From the NCBI RefSeq assembly GCF_035084215.1, contig NC_090357.1, positions 8,370,001 to 8,434,000 of the forward strand: a DNA stretch of 64,000 bases. The letters run 5' to 3'. Position 1 is the first letter of the stretch; each line of letters opens with the position of its first letter. This DNA comes from Heptranchias perlo (taxonomy: Eukaryota). The notes below the pieces were generated by a model, which was not told the origin of the DNA, made no database searches, and was given only the letters and a program-made list of their open reading frames with translations. A program made the translations under genes and the position numbers. Positions 1 to 13,353 of this stretch are shown here, piece by piece.

Positions 1-935
1 AAAACCAGTAAGAATTCCATTTGCATGCTCTTAACCAAGTAAAGTGCCCACTTGTGATGATAGTTGATCAAATTCTACATAAACAGATGAATTCTAGCTA
101 TTGCAGGAAATTTGGCAGTCTATTACTGACTTGCAACAGAGCCAGCTCTCTACCTCATTAGGCTGGAACCTGGTGCCACAGTGTGGACTCATCAATCAAA
201 TGAACACAAGCAAACTGAGTAGATTCACCCAATTTACAGTACAGCAAAGCTATGGTTTTTTTTGTACATGGAATGCACATTTGCATTAGATACAAAATGC
301 TTACACAACATACAGGGATGGTTTTTTGAGGGGGGAGGGGAGAAGACTCTGAATGAATGCTGAGAATACATGATAGGCATACAATATCTAGTATTAGAAA
401 TTAAGCTGTATGTGAAAAGAGGAGGAGGGAATAAGGAAATTCAGTTGCAAGCTGCCAGTTTACACTGCCATTGATCTATTCATCTCCAGTGCCTACCCAT
501 TAAAATGGCTCTGGGTTACACAGGCACCACTCTGTAACCCACAACTCAGTGGTAAATTTCAAAATAAATTTTACCTTTATTTGAGTTTATACCATATTGT
601 GATTTAATGGCTTGAGTTCTTGGCATATTTAGGAAATCTTTCTGCCAAACAGGATCAGTAAATATACAAATAATTTTCCAACTATGCTATTATTGTTTTG
701 GATCTCGACAGAATGATATATCTCTAAAACAAGGTCCTGTTCCATTTATCCCACTGCAGAGTTTCAGTTCGTTTTTTTTTAACGTTAAAAAGCACACTTC
801 AAGGCTGAAATCTGCATGGGAAAAAGTTAGTGAAACTCCTTTTCATTTGCTCTTGTACCAATTGATTCACTAATCATGAAAGTTCATAAAATGGAATTTC
901 CTGTTTTTTTAAAAAAAAACTTAAAATGTTCAAGT

Positions 936-1095
936 TTGAGTGGCACACTGTCCTCTTATCTCTGTGATCTGGGTTTGAATCCATTCCAGAGTGATAAGAT
1001 GAAAATCCCCTCTCACTGTTAGCTGGAAGAGTCCTATATGAAATGAGTCTGGGCAGTTTCAAGTCAGTTTGTAGTGGACAACTGGGCACAATCAC
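936..1095 (+). mobile_element. Degraded LF-SINE-like tRNA-derived SINE, 5' part
   Basis: B-box-like GGTTTGAATCC, then cctatatgaaatgagt...gtagtggaca, resembling the LF-SINE consensus (recalled, not aligned). Confidence 0.55.
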
Positions 1096-2741
1096 GCCCT
1101 ACTAGATATATACACACAATTACAGATCTGCTTGTTGCTTTACTTGTTTAGCTTTGTTAAGAACTGCATATCTTTGATTTGTGTTACTTTTTAGAGAACT
1201 GACAGTTTACTTTTTTTGCACAATAAAACAGAGACCACCAGGTATATTAAAAGTTAATTCATTTTATTCAGTGTTTGAGTGCATGTAGTGCAGGTATTCA
1301 ATGTGTTTTCCTATTTTGTTTACCAGTAGCTATTTACTAACTTATGTGTAAGTGCTCCTCTAGCTGAGGCGTAGCATTGGGGGTGGCTGCTTAATCAACT
1401 GGGGAGTTCCATGGGATACAGGAGGTCCCACCACCTTTTGATTGATCTCGATGAACCTATATCAGAGCCAGAAGTGTTCTTTGCTGAATTCACTGTGGGC
1501 TTATTGCATTTGGAGGCAAAGTCTGCAGTCACTTACAGAGAGCAATAGCCATGAATGGCGTGATGGCAACAGGCTGCTCCAGTGCTTCTCTGTGCATAGC
1601 ATTATTGGCGGGCATGTGTACATAAGGCCCATTAATATGTGCAAGCAAAGGATACTGGGCATCTATGAGAGCTCTGAATCCCTCTCTCATGGCTATCTGT
1701 AATCATTCTCCAAATAAGTTGAAACCAGCACGTGGTGCTTCTTCGAGTTTCGGCCCCAAGATAGTAGTTGGACCATTAATGAGAGATAGTCTTACTACTG
1801 TGACCATGTCTGTGTTACAGTAATCACCACTACAACTGCCACCAATGTTGCACCTGTACAATAGTTGCATGCAATGTAGCCTTACCACCTCGCAATACCA
1901 TATGTATGTAGGCATGTGACTGCTGAACACTGTCCATGTATTGTAACATCCTCCATTGGAAAACAGGCCTATTAAGGTCCGTATTCAGAAACATCCCAGG
2001 ATGGGATATCGGCACATCAAATTTTCGCCCTACACCTACTGGCCCTTCATCAATTCCCAACTCGTCTCACTGTCATCATTGCCCTCAATTTCCTCATCTA
2101 TACTATTATGTATTTATTCTGCTGTTTAATGCAAGTGTGCATGGTGACACTTGTGCTCTGATGACTGGTGCTCTTTAGATGCACAGTGAAGACCACATGA
2201 TTCTTTTTGTCCTGCGAATAGGATATATGGGACATTATGAATATATAAGCACATTTTTGCATTTGGGTATTGTACTGTCATTACATAAGCTATTAAGAAC
2301 TTATGAATAGTGCAAATGGACATGTTAAATGTAGCATATGGTGCAATTATACATTACATGATTATTACGATACATATCAGTTGGTCTGCACATCCCTACA
2401 ATTTTCCGAGGCCCAACACCTTTGAGAACATACCCTCCCCCCAAATTAATTCTACAATTTCAGTTAAAGGTTTCTCCTGATACAGTCCATGCTCTCCTAT
2501 TATATGAAATGTTGTCTTTAAACACAAAAGCAGTGTTAATTGAGGCACGGTAATTTACAGCATGGAAATTTCTTCCTGCAGTACACTCTGTGCCATTATG
2601 GCATGTGTAACATAATTTGCATCAGCCTGCTATTTTCTTTGCTGCAACCTGAACATTTCAAAATGTGAGCATTGGGTTTTTGTATATATCTAACTACTTC
2701 TTAACTTCAACTCCATATGTTCTGTGTTGCTACTTTGTCAT

Positions 2742-2959
2742 ATCTTGATGCTCTTTTTGAAGTGGTGAAACTTCATCCTGACCTCCTTTCAGATCTTCAC
2801 AGTAATCAACCCCAAGTTCCCATGATCTGTGATATAATGTCACACAGTTTGCCTCCTGAGCATGTTTGTAGGCCAACCCCCAGGCTCAAAAAGGTCATCC
2901 TGTTTCTCCATTATGCAAACAAAGATCTGGAGGCCCTGGTCGGTGAAATGGTCTTTAAT
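2742..2959 (-). pseudogene. Ancient Harbinger-type Myb/SANT-like (MSANTD) domain remnant
   Basis: One frame reads IKDHFTDQGLQIFVCIMEKQDDLFEPGGWPTNMLRRQTV*HYITDHGNLGLITVKI*KEVRMKFHHFKKSIK. Both TGA stops sit where the conserved Trp residues lie in the Myb domain at 13057-13296. Confidence 0.55.
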
Positions 2960-3039
2960 TTACTGCAAACTGTTTCTCCAAACTTTGCAGATGACCCAAA
3001 AATAGGAAGCACGAGGACCATAAGCAACGCCAGAAGACA

Positions 3040-3855
3040 TAGACAGATTAGTAGATTGGACAGATAGATGTTAGATCAAATTAAATCAGATAAGTGTGAA
3101 GTGATACATTTTGGGAGGAAAAATATGGAGAAAACATACAATAACTAATAAAACTTTAAAAGGAATAAAAAAGCAGATAGTCTTAGGGGTTCAGATATGC
3201 AAACCTTTAAAGTAGGAGGACAAGTTGATCAAGATTGTTAAAAAAAAACAGATTTTATAAATAGGAGCATAGAGTGCAAAAACAAAGGTAATGCTAACCC
3301 GACACAAAATGTTGGTTAGGCCCCAGTTAGAATGTTGTGTTTGGGTGCTCTGCTTTAGAAAGAATGTCAAGGCCTGGAGATGGCACAAAAGACATTTACT
3401 AAAATAACGCTAGGGATAAGAGTTTTTATTTATGAGGAAAGACTAGACAAACTGGGGCTCTTTTCACTAGCACAGAGAAGGGCAAGAGGTGAACTGATAA
3501 AGGTGTTCAGAATTATGATGGTTTTCATAAGATAAATAGGGAAAAACTATTTCCAGTGGTCAGAGTCAGTTGCTGGAGGGCATAAATTAAAGATAATCAC
3601 CAAAAGAACGAAGACCGAGGTTAGGAGAATTTCTTTATGTACAGGGTTGTTAGGACATGGATCGCCCTACCAGAAACAGTGGAGAAAGCTGAATCCATGA
3701 TAGCTTTTAAAGGGGAAGCAGATAAATATTTAACAAAAAAATCGAACAGGTAAAAGCAAAGGAATGGGATTAAGTGGAGAACCCTTTCAAACAGCCAATG
3801 CAGGCATGATGGGCTGAATTGCCTCCACCTGTGTTATAACATTTTATGATTCTAT
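3040..3855 (+). mobile_element. Old CR1 LINE, 3' portion
   Basis: Degenerate RT C-terminal sequence (aagtgtgaagtgatacattttgggagg, ttaggccccagttagaa) and CR1 3' UTR ending ttttatgattcta. Confidence 0.8.
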
Positions 3856-4099
3856 TGCACTGTATTTCAAGTAGGCAGTGAAGGTTTGCCAGCATACTGG
3901 GGATCAGTAACACCTAGGTTTTAAATGGGATTCAAATTTTTAGCACAGTGGAGAATTAAACGGTAAGACAAATCAAACATTTAGAATACAGAGGTGTTTT
4001 TGAAGGATAAAAACTGCTAGAATACAGTCTTCACATTATCATGGATCCATCTGTCCCTGCAGTGGCACATCCATTCAGAAATGTGGCTGTAACTCAGAG

Positions 4100-5030
4100 A
4101 TAAAAAGATTAAAGGGTATGGAATGAAGGGAAAAGTAGCAAATTGCATTAAAAACTGGTTGGAATGGAGGAAAGAGAGAGTAGGAGTTAAGAGTAGTTTT
4201 CAGGGTGGTTAGAAATGAGTAGCAGCATCGCACAGGGTTCTGTTCTGGGATTATTTGTGTTCACGGACTACATCAATGATTTGGGTTACAGGGAGTGGCA
4301 TCCAAACTTGCAGATGATGCTAAAATAGGAGGCACAGTACATAATTCTGAGGAGCACAGGAAGCTGCAAGGGAATACTGATAACATGGTGAAATGGGCAA
4401 TATTTTGGCAGGTGTAATTCATGTCAGTAAATGTGAGGTGGTTCATATTGGCAAAAAAAATAAAAGTAATAATTATACTTTGAATGGGGGAAGGTTGGGT
4501 GACGTGAAAGGACAGGGGGATTTAGGGATTCGGTTTCACAAGACATTAAAAGCAGTACCTCAAGTGGGTAAGACAAACGGTATAAAATATAAAAGTCCAG
4601 ATGTAATGGTGAATCTATATTAAACATTAGTGAGACCACGTTTGGCATACTGTGTACAATTTTGGGCTCCACACAATAGGAAGGATGTTGAGGCAACAGA
4701 GAGGGTACAGCAGAGATTCACTAAGATGTTGCCTGATGAAGAAATACAAATTCGAAGAAATACTTCAAAAAGTAGGTCGATTTACATTGGAACAGTGGAG
4801 ATAACGGGATGATTTGATAGAGACGTTTAAATTTATGAGTGTTCTAGAATGAGAGGACATGGATACAAGGTTAAATCCAAGAGATTTAGGACAGAAAGCC
4901 AGACAAACTTTTTTTTAAATAATGGCTTGTGAAGCTGTGGAATGCACTACCAGAATTAGTGATTGCTACAGAGACCTGTCAACATTTAAGACTAGGTCAG
5001 AAAGGTGGTTGAAAGAAAGGGAATTTAAAC
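4100..5030 (+). mobile_element. Old CR1 LINE fragment (RT region)
   Basis: ORF pieces [46 protein letters not shown], and a degenerate ADD motif (gcagatgatgctaaa). Confidence 0.85.
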
Positions 5031-5779
5031 CCAGATATTTGAAGATTGTACAGGAGCAAAGGTGATTATGGCAGATATATTAACATGGGACATAATATAA
5101 TAAATATGATGAAAGAATGAGAAAGATTCTGAAGCACCAGCTACGCAAGTATCTCAAGTCCTCGATGAGGCATTGCATAATATGAAAGAAATGCTTGCCA
5201 TAGTGCTTAATTATGAATATTTCCTCAACAATCTATGGACAAGAAATAGATGTGGATGCAACTGTACGGCAATCAAATTTATATTCAAGAAGTCAATGCC
5301 ACATATTCTACCTCAACTACTGAGACCAGGAAAAAAATTACAAAAATATCAGCTGCATGTCCTATTTAAGGCTAAAAAGATGTATACGGCAGACATATTG
5401 ATTACAGCGCAGATGAAGTAAAAAAAATTCAAGGGAATATATTCAAATTGATATGATTTCTCATTTACCAAACTCTGGTTAGAAGCTACAAGAAGCAACA
5501 CAATGTGACAGTAGAAAGCAAAAGATGAAACCAGTAGTTAAAGGAGGATGGCCAAATGTAAAATCACAGGTGGATGCTGAGCCAAGACCTTATTGGTACT
5601 AAAGGAGAAATCAGTGTCAAGGTGAGCGACTGACGCAAATTATATCCTCAAAAAAGCAGTGGGAGTTCAAGGCAAAAATCTGGAAATGGGTAAGAAATTG
5701 GCTGAAGAAAAGGAAGGAAGAAGTACTTGTTGGGCGAGTGGTGACAGGGTGAGGAGGGAGGGGGGTGGGGGTTTAAGAG

Positions 5780-6200
5780 CCTGGAGGTGGTACAGAGAAC
5801 CGTAAGACTGATCCCTAGCATTAAAGGACTGAGTTTTGAGGAGAGACTGGAGAAATTTGAGCTGTTCAGCCTTCAAAGGAGGAAACTTTGATAGGACCTT
5901 CTGGCGGTATGTAAGAAAGCAAACAGTACAGAAAAGATCAATTTGAAACACTACAAATTAAATCATGACAGTAGGGCAAGGGGGCACAGGTGCAAATTAG
6001 AGAAATGCACATTTTGGGACTAATATCAGGAAGTTCACAGAGTGATCAACACATTGAATAGAATTCCAGATAGGGTAGTAAGGTGAAAACTCTGGAATCA
6101 TTTAAGAAACAGATGGATGCTTTGGGGGGAGGGGGTGGGATTGTAGGTACTCACTGGATGAATGAGCTAAGATGTGCCAAATGGCTTCCTTCATCCGTAG
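5780..6200 (+). mobile_element. Highly degraded CR1 3' fragment
   Basis: gaggagagactggagaaa, agggggcacagg and UTR-like gccaaatggcttccttc. Confidence 0.6.
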
Positions 6201-9200
6201 CTATTTTGTGATCTTGTGAACAACGGTAGTTTTGTAAAGATCAAATGAAGGCAGTCTGGATAACAGCTGTACCAAAAGGAGAAGTAGTATGAAGAGCCTA
6301 ATTAGTGAAATTGAGAGTGGATACTTACATGAGAAACAGGAGATCGCAGAATTGTAGTACAATAGAATATCACACAAGAGATGGGTAGGAGAAACTAAAC
6401 TAAATTGTAAAGAGATGACAGGCAAGAAAATAAAAACAATATTTATCACCTGCTAGTGGTCAACAGAAACCAAATGCTGCTAATGCTAGTAGTGAAAAGC
6501 CCTAATAACCTACAGTATGAAGTACTTGTATTGTAAATGAACCTGCAAGAATACTTACTATCTGTTTTATAAAGTGAAAATATTGTTACATGTCTTTGTT
6601 GAAGAGACTTGTATTTTGTGATTTTAAATTCTTTGGTGGGAGCAGAATGTTTCATAGCCTTATAGAGAGGTTACTGGATACAAGTGCTATCAAAAATAAC
6701 ACGCTCCACAATGAGCAATGAAATAAATGTTGCAATTATATTGCAAGTACCAACTGAGAGCGGTGTGAGCTTTGAGTTATACTGACAGGTCTGCTCGATG
6801 TTAAAATCCGGAACATAACACGTGCAGAGCTCTGCTAATCTCAAAGCCAGTGAATTTTTCTTTCAGTGTTACTATTAAGGATTCAGTAGGACACTTGGCT
6901 CTTCATCACTACACTTTTTTTTAAACTGTACTCCCATCGAGGCAGAAGTGCAGTCATATGTTTTATGGTAATCAGTGGGTTTGCAAAAAAAGAAATGGAG
7001 GTTGACCACCTTACCTGCACTTTGCTGCTGGTAGCATTGCTTATTTTTCAGACTGTAATGCAAGAATACCACCAGCAGAAACATTAAATAGTTATAAAAT
7101 ATGAGCTAATGACCGGCAACAAAAATACACCTGCTCTGATTCACCCGTTTAGTGTAAGCAGTAAGCCCATATAGCCAGCCAGACCACTGAGAATTTGATT
7201 TTGGTTGAACAGAAAAGTAGAAAATAGTGTTGGACAGCATAAGAAAATAAAGCAGAAAGGTATAAAATAAAAAATATTCATCAGTGCAGATTTGAAAATT
7301 CATCAACATTTTCTGCTGCATTCCATTTGGAAATGAATTGATAAAGATATACCGGTGGTGCTAAACTATATTCAGTAGAGGTCATAATTCACAAACTTTT
7401 TAAAAATTACAAAACCAGGTTACATTAAGGCTTGATTTGCAATACAGTTGTAACATTGGGGTTTCATTTTGCAGGAATGCTAAGAAGTTGTAGCATAAAG
7501 CCAGAGTCACAGCCCAAACTAATCCAGAGCTGAGTGGAGGGAGACTTCCTTCTCCAGGGAATTTCAAACTGCTATGCATTGACATTTCAGTTGTAGTGTA
7601 TATGCAGTCTCACACATAACAAAATAGTTTGCATAAAGTTTGAGAAACAGAATACACATCACTTATTGAACTTTTACTTAATAAAGCTACTGTTGTCTGA
7701 CCTCACCATAAAATATACTGTATTTGCATCAAGTGATGAATGAATCACAATATGACCAACGGTCCAAATACAATGGTTTACTTTTTTATTAAAAAAGTGC
7801 GCCCATAGGATATGTTTGTGCTCCCACATTTTTTTTCTCAAAAATAAATACTAGAATTACCAAAGGCTACAGGTTAGGCCATTTGTAGGATTTTGTGTGT
7901 CAGTACACAAAAAGGTTCTTAATACGGCTACAATCATATATATAATTTTTCCTCTAAACATTAAAATAAAGAGTGTTGTAACTTCTATGCAATTCTATAT
8001 AAAATTTTATTAAATGATAACTTGCAAAATGTATTTATAACCAGTGGTTTTCATTTTTTTTTGTGCAGAACTTGTGAAAATGTTGACACACTCCCAAGGA
8101 TCCCCAAGATAGTGTTAGATACCCAAAAGAAAAATTCTACTCTCATTGCAGAACATTTTTTGTTAGTATACAACAGATATAACATGCTAGCAAGTCAACA
8201 AAACAGAAATCTGATGACAGACTGACAGAAATGTCTTGCAGATACGGCTCCATTTACAATAGTCACAACAATATTTGTAAAACAAAACAAGTTGGGGTGT
8301 GAACAGGTCACTATCAGAAAGCTGCCATCCAATTGCCATTATATAGCAGCAGTAATCTGCACCGTGATTAAAATCAAAACGGTCAGAACTCTTCTCTGCA
8401 GTAGTGGAAATCACAGCAGTTTGAGTATTACCCACTATATTAACAATGCAGGCTTGGGTCAGTCAGCAGGGGATTGCTCCAACCACCAGCATAAATTGAC
8501 AGCAAGAACCAACTGCGGAGGTGTGAACCAACTGTTTGATCACTGAACCAGAGAAACATATTTAGATGAAGGAAAATGGGAACTACAAGCTGGGAGTCTG
8601 GAATTTGATTCTAAGCAGGGAAATAAATTTATGTTCGGATCAGTGCAAAGTCTAATGCTATTACTGACCCATGCTGCACTGATCTAGATTTCTCTACAAG
8701 TAATTTCCATTGCAAAAATATTGACTGATGAATTTTCTTTGCATGCTGCTGCCCATTGACATGTTCCTTTCTTCTCATATGATTACAAAAATATAATTTT
8801 AATTAACATATATAATGAAAGGCTTTGTAAGTTTTAACTGGAGTTGTTTATTATTCGCATCTTAAAATTGGCACAAACTCTTTAAAATATACTAGTTCCT
8901 TTTGTAAATTTAGTAAATTTTTTGTGAATTTAGTAAACTTTGGGACTTGAAAAAAAATCCAGAAATTTTCTGGTCTGTATAACTCAGTACCACACCATAT
9001 AATGCACTTACCATGAGACATCATGGGAATCTCCATGCAATATTAGTGATTTTGTTTTTGAACGAAGAATATGGTATTTTTAGCATTGATAATTTTGATG
9101 GATGCAAAATGTCACACGGTGTGTGACAGAGGACCTCAACCGATACAGGTTATTTTGGATTGTAAAATCCACTGAACTCCATTTTGATTATCAATGAGTT

Positions 9201-9490
9201 TTCTCCAGCAACTACAACATAGTAAGTGGCCTTTTTCAGTATTTCTACTTGTATTTGGAATTTCTTTACTAACATTATTTTGTTTGACAAGTCGTTATTG
9301 GCCTCAATTTTCAAATGGAAATCTGGGTGTATTGGGGCAGTGGGGTGCAATGAAAATCTGGAAAATCTGGAGCGGGTAAGGAAGCCAGCTCCAACCCGCC
9401 GACTTCCGCATTTCACACAGACCCATCTGTGTGCGCGCACGTGCTTCAGGAATCCGGAAGTCCTGCCGGCAATTAAAGCCAGCAGGCTGA

Positions 9491-9498
9491 TATTTAAA
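9491..9498 (+). promoter_or_regulatory. Candidate TATA box (TATTTAAA) of the Harbinger transposase gene
   Basis: TATTTAAA about 190 bp inside the left TIR. The same motif precedes the Myb ORFs at 13346-13353 (-) and 30441-30448 (+). Confidence 0.4.
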
Positions 9499-9852
9499 GC
9501 AGTCATTAAGATAGTTAAAGTTGTTAAAGTACTTAATTTTATGGTGAGTGAGGCAGGGAAAGGATTTTCATTCTGCCTCAGTATGTTTCCGTGCTGTGGG
9601 AAACGCGCCATGGTGAAGGAGTCACGTTTCAGCCGGCAGCCATTTGGACATTAAAATCTTTTTGACAGATGGGGATAAAAGGTGAGTTATTGCAGCAGGG
9701 CACTTCATTCTCTCAGACAAACTTTTGGCTGGGAGATCTTTGTGTTTAGACTGAGAATTCTTGGTTTCCACTCAGAATTGTTCTGTTTACACACATTTAC
9801 CAACTTTCTGGACCCCCTCAAACTGACATCAGGATGGGGGGGGGTGGGCGCA

Positions 9853-11043
9853 ATGGCTGCATTCACCAGTACATCCAAGGATGAGGATCATCACCAGGCA
9901 CGCCGTACATTTACACCACTTGGAGCTCCACAACACAGTGCTGCGCCACAGGGACCTGCACAAAAGCACAGAGGGGAACAACAGAGGGAGCGACGTCGCA
10001 GGAGGCACTACCCTCATCAGAGGGTCTACAGACCGAGGCTCAGCTTCCTGGACCTCTCTGAGGAGCAGTGCATATGGAGACTGAGAGTGAGTCACCAGGT
10101 GGTCGGAGACATCTGCAGCCTCCTTCATGCCGAGCTGCTCCCGGCTGGGCCTCGTGGCATCTCATTACCCGTCGCAGTTAAAGTGACCACTGCCCTCAAC
10201 TTCTTCACCTCCGGATCATTCCAGGGTGCCACCGGGGACATCGCCGAGATCTCTCAGTCGTGTGCACACAAGTACATAAGGCAGGTCACCGACAGCTTGT
10301 TTTGCAGGGCCTCGCAATACGTCAACTTCCCCATGGACGACCTCAGCCAGACGGGGAGAAGAGTGGGATTCCACTCTGTGGCTGACTGCCCACGGGTACA
10401 GGATGCAATCGATTGCACGCATACAGCAATCCGAGCACCTCCACACGAGCCAGGACTGTTCATCAGCAGAAAGGGGTATCACTCCATCAACACTCAGCTC
10501 GTTTGTGACCACTGGAAAAGATTCCTTCACGTGTGCGCCAGATTCCCTGGCAACTGCCACGATTCGTTCATTCTGACGGAATCCAACATGCCGGGCCTCT
10601 TCCACGCACCGAACACCCTTAAGGGCTGGCTCCTCGGGGACAAGGGATACCCCCCTGCACACTCTGCGGAACCCCATCAATGAGCAACAGTGTCGATACA
10701 ACGACAGCCACATCGCCACCAGGTCTATAATTGAACATGCGATAGAGCTGCTCAAGATGCGATTTCGGTGCCTCGATCATTCTGGGGGAGTGCTTCAATA
10801 CGCACCAGCGAGAGTGGGGCGCATTATAGTAGCGTGTTGTGTCCTGCACAACATGGCGCAACAGAGGGGGGTATCGGTTGATGAGGCCCCATGCCCTCAT
10901 CCAGCATCCACTTCTGCAATCAACATTGTGGAAGAGAAGGAGCAGGAGGAGGAGGAGAAAGAGGAGAACCCATGGGCAGAGCAGCAGCTTACCTGGCTGC
11001 CCATGAGGCCAGGGAGTCACTCATATATGAACGGTTCTTGTAA
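9853..11043 (+). pseudogene. Harbinger (HARBI1-like) DDE transposase, frameshifted
   Basis: Motifs YRPRLSFLDLSEEQC, ALNFFTSGSFQ, AIDCTH (D1), RKGYHSINTQLVCD, GNCHDSFIL, LLGDKGY (D2), then after an indel near 10650-10665 RSIIEHAI (E), KMRFRCL, CCVLHN. A second frameshift lies in the acidic tail. Probable stop TAA at 11041-11043. Confidence 0.9.
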
Positions 11044-11354
11044 GATCAGAAAGTGAGAAGAGTCCAGTCCTCACACCACCTGGAAAGACCAGCGCCAAAA
11101 CCAGCACCCCCACCACCGCACAAAACAGTCCTGCAACTACACATACACCCACTGTAAAGTGACCCACTTGGTGGCATCAAGTGCTTCACCATGAATGGCA
11201 ACACATGAAAGGGCGCTATCACAAAAGCCAGTCAAGAATGGGCAAGATGTAGCAGTAATGGTGAGAATGATAACATTTAATGTGACTAACAAAAACCAAA
11301 TATAAATGAAAAACATAACAGTCTGTCAGACACCCTTGTGCATACTCTTCGTGA

Positions 11355-13296
11355 TCACAAATCCTTAGCCTGTCTCTTCCTACCGCTTCTACATGGTGCA
11401 GCCCCTGTGGCTGCAGCAGAGATAGTGGCAGGTTGCTCATGTTCATACCCTAACTGCTTAGATGCTTTCGGCCTATGCCCTCTGGGTTTTGTGGCCTGTG
11501 AGGGCCCTCCAAAGACTGCTCCACCTGCATCTGTGCAGAAGCAGACTTGGTCACCTGGAGAGGAGGCAGCATTCCAGGTGCTGGTTGAGAGGGGGGCCAC
11601 GGGTGAGACGTGGGCACATTTTGAGTGGCGTCCCCACTTCCATGTCCCCTTTCGCCATAATCCCTCTCCTGGATCAGGCCCACATCACTCCTACCACCCC
11701 GCTGGACAACAGTTGGAGGACATGTGTGATGCCTTGGAAGGCCACTTCTAAAGTATCTGTCAGCCTGTTTAAGGCGGCAGAATGTTGCTCACCCTGAGTC
11801 CGAACGGCCGTTTTCGGGGCCTGAATGGACTCATTTGTGAGTCGTGCTAGAAGCTCAACAGAGGGTAGCCTTTCCTCCATCGCAGACATTCCTGCACTTA
11901 CCTGCGACATTATCTCAGACATTTGCCCCGCAGTTACCTGCGACACCATCTCAGACAGTTGCTCACGTCCTTGTGACACTATCTCAGAGATTCCCTCCCG
12001 TACCTGTGCCACCATTCCACTCATGCAGGAGCTGGACGCCTCCATCCTCTGCGCTATTGTGGAGAGTGTGCGTGGCACCTGTTCCAGTAACTCGCAAACG
12101 TTCTGCTGTTCCTCTATCATTCTCCTTTTAAAGGGTGGTCCCGGGGGTTCAGCATCTGCGTCCAGCTGAGCAGAGCCTGGAGAGGAGTGCGCCCACCGAT
12201 GCACACTCTCCACAGCTGCCCCTGCCACCAGTGTCTGCTCATGCTCATTTGTGTGTGGTGACTCACCAGGTGCCAACCCAACTAACTGACTACTAGGGCC
12301 CACCGAGGTGTGAGTATCTGCGCTGGTGGATGGTTCGCTAAGATGTGACGGTGAGCCCTCAGAGGCCAGGACCTCCTCTGAGGAATCGCCCTCTCCCACC
12401 ACTGCAGTCGTTGAAGGGCCTGTAAGAGAACAGAAGGCAATATTTAGCATCATCACAGATGTGTCATGTTGCAATGAGCATACTGAGGTGTTCAACATGC
12501 CAATTATTGTTCACATCAATTAATATTGTGTGTGATGAATGTTAAAGTTGTGTCACCAGACATTTGTGGGGTGCCAGTCTCGGGCTCCCCGACGGACAGG
12601 CACTCAAGGGTGCGGCTGATCTCCAACACCTCCTCCTCCTCCACGTCTGTGAGGACCACTATTTGTTGTGGCCCCCCTCCAGTCCTCGCCCTCTCACGTG
12701 CATTTTGCGCTCTCTTCCCCTAGAAGGGGAGAAAGTACGGACGTGTGAGTGAGTGATGGTGAAGTGGCCAGCCGACGAATGCATTGCTTTGGGTGAGGCT
12801 GACCATGAAAAGAGGTGCATCAGAGGGTGAGTATGAGGCAGAGACATCACATTGGATGAGAATTGGGATGAGTGGTAGTGGTGGGGTCACAAATGGAGAG
12901 GTGAGGATGTGCTCAGGAAGTGCAGGTAAGTTGAGGATGAGCCTTAAGTGGGTGTGAGGAGTGATGTGATGGAGTAGTCTTGGCAGCACAGAATGAGTTG
13001 GGGGAGCGGGAGTGATGTGCACCACGGAATGCAGGAGAATCAGTAAGTCTACTCACTTTTGCTGACCTAGTTAGGTCACTGAAACGCTTCCTGCACTGGA
13101 CCCAAGTGCGGCAGATGTTGCTCCTGCTAGTGACCTCCTCTGCCACCTCGAGCCAGGCCTTCTCAGAGGAAGAAGTGCCCTGCTTCTGCCAGTCAGCCGG
13201 GTAAAACAGTGCCCTCCTCCTCCTCAACCCGGCCAGTAGCATTTGAAGTGAGGCATCATTAAATCTTGAAACAGCCTTGCCCCAGTGCTGCTCCAT
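11355..13296 (-). pseudogene. Harbinger Myb/SANT-like DNA-binding protein gene, 3 exons (13296-13057, 12719-12557, 12419-11355)
   Basis: Exon 1 RFNDASLQMLL...KAWLEVAEEV...RTWVQCRKRFSDL, donor gtgagt. Exon 2 GKRAQNARERARTGGGP...LTDVEEEVL. Exon 3 has S/E/P-rich and coiled-coil-like regions and basic end RSGRKRQAKDL, with a frameshift near 11600-11710. Splice phases are compatible. Confidence 0.85.
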
Positions 13297-13345
13297 TGTG
13301 TCTTTTTGGACTTTGCTTCAGCAAAAGCCATTTGAGCAATGGCCC

Positions 13346-13353
13346 TTTAAATA
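13346..13353 (-). promoter_or_regulatory. Candidate TATA box of the Harbinger Myb gene
   Basis: TATTTAAA 50 bp upstream of ATG 13296. Same motif and spacing in the second copy (30441-30448, ATG 30498). Confidence 0.5.

Noticed and set aside
9853-11043. Domesticated host HARBI1 gene
   Set aside because: It is frameshifted, flanked by TIRs and a TSD, paired with a Myb gene, and has related copies in the window, so it is a transposon copy.
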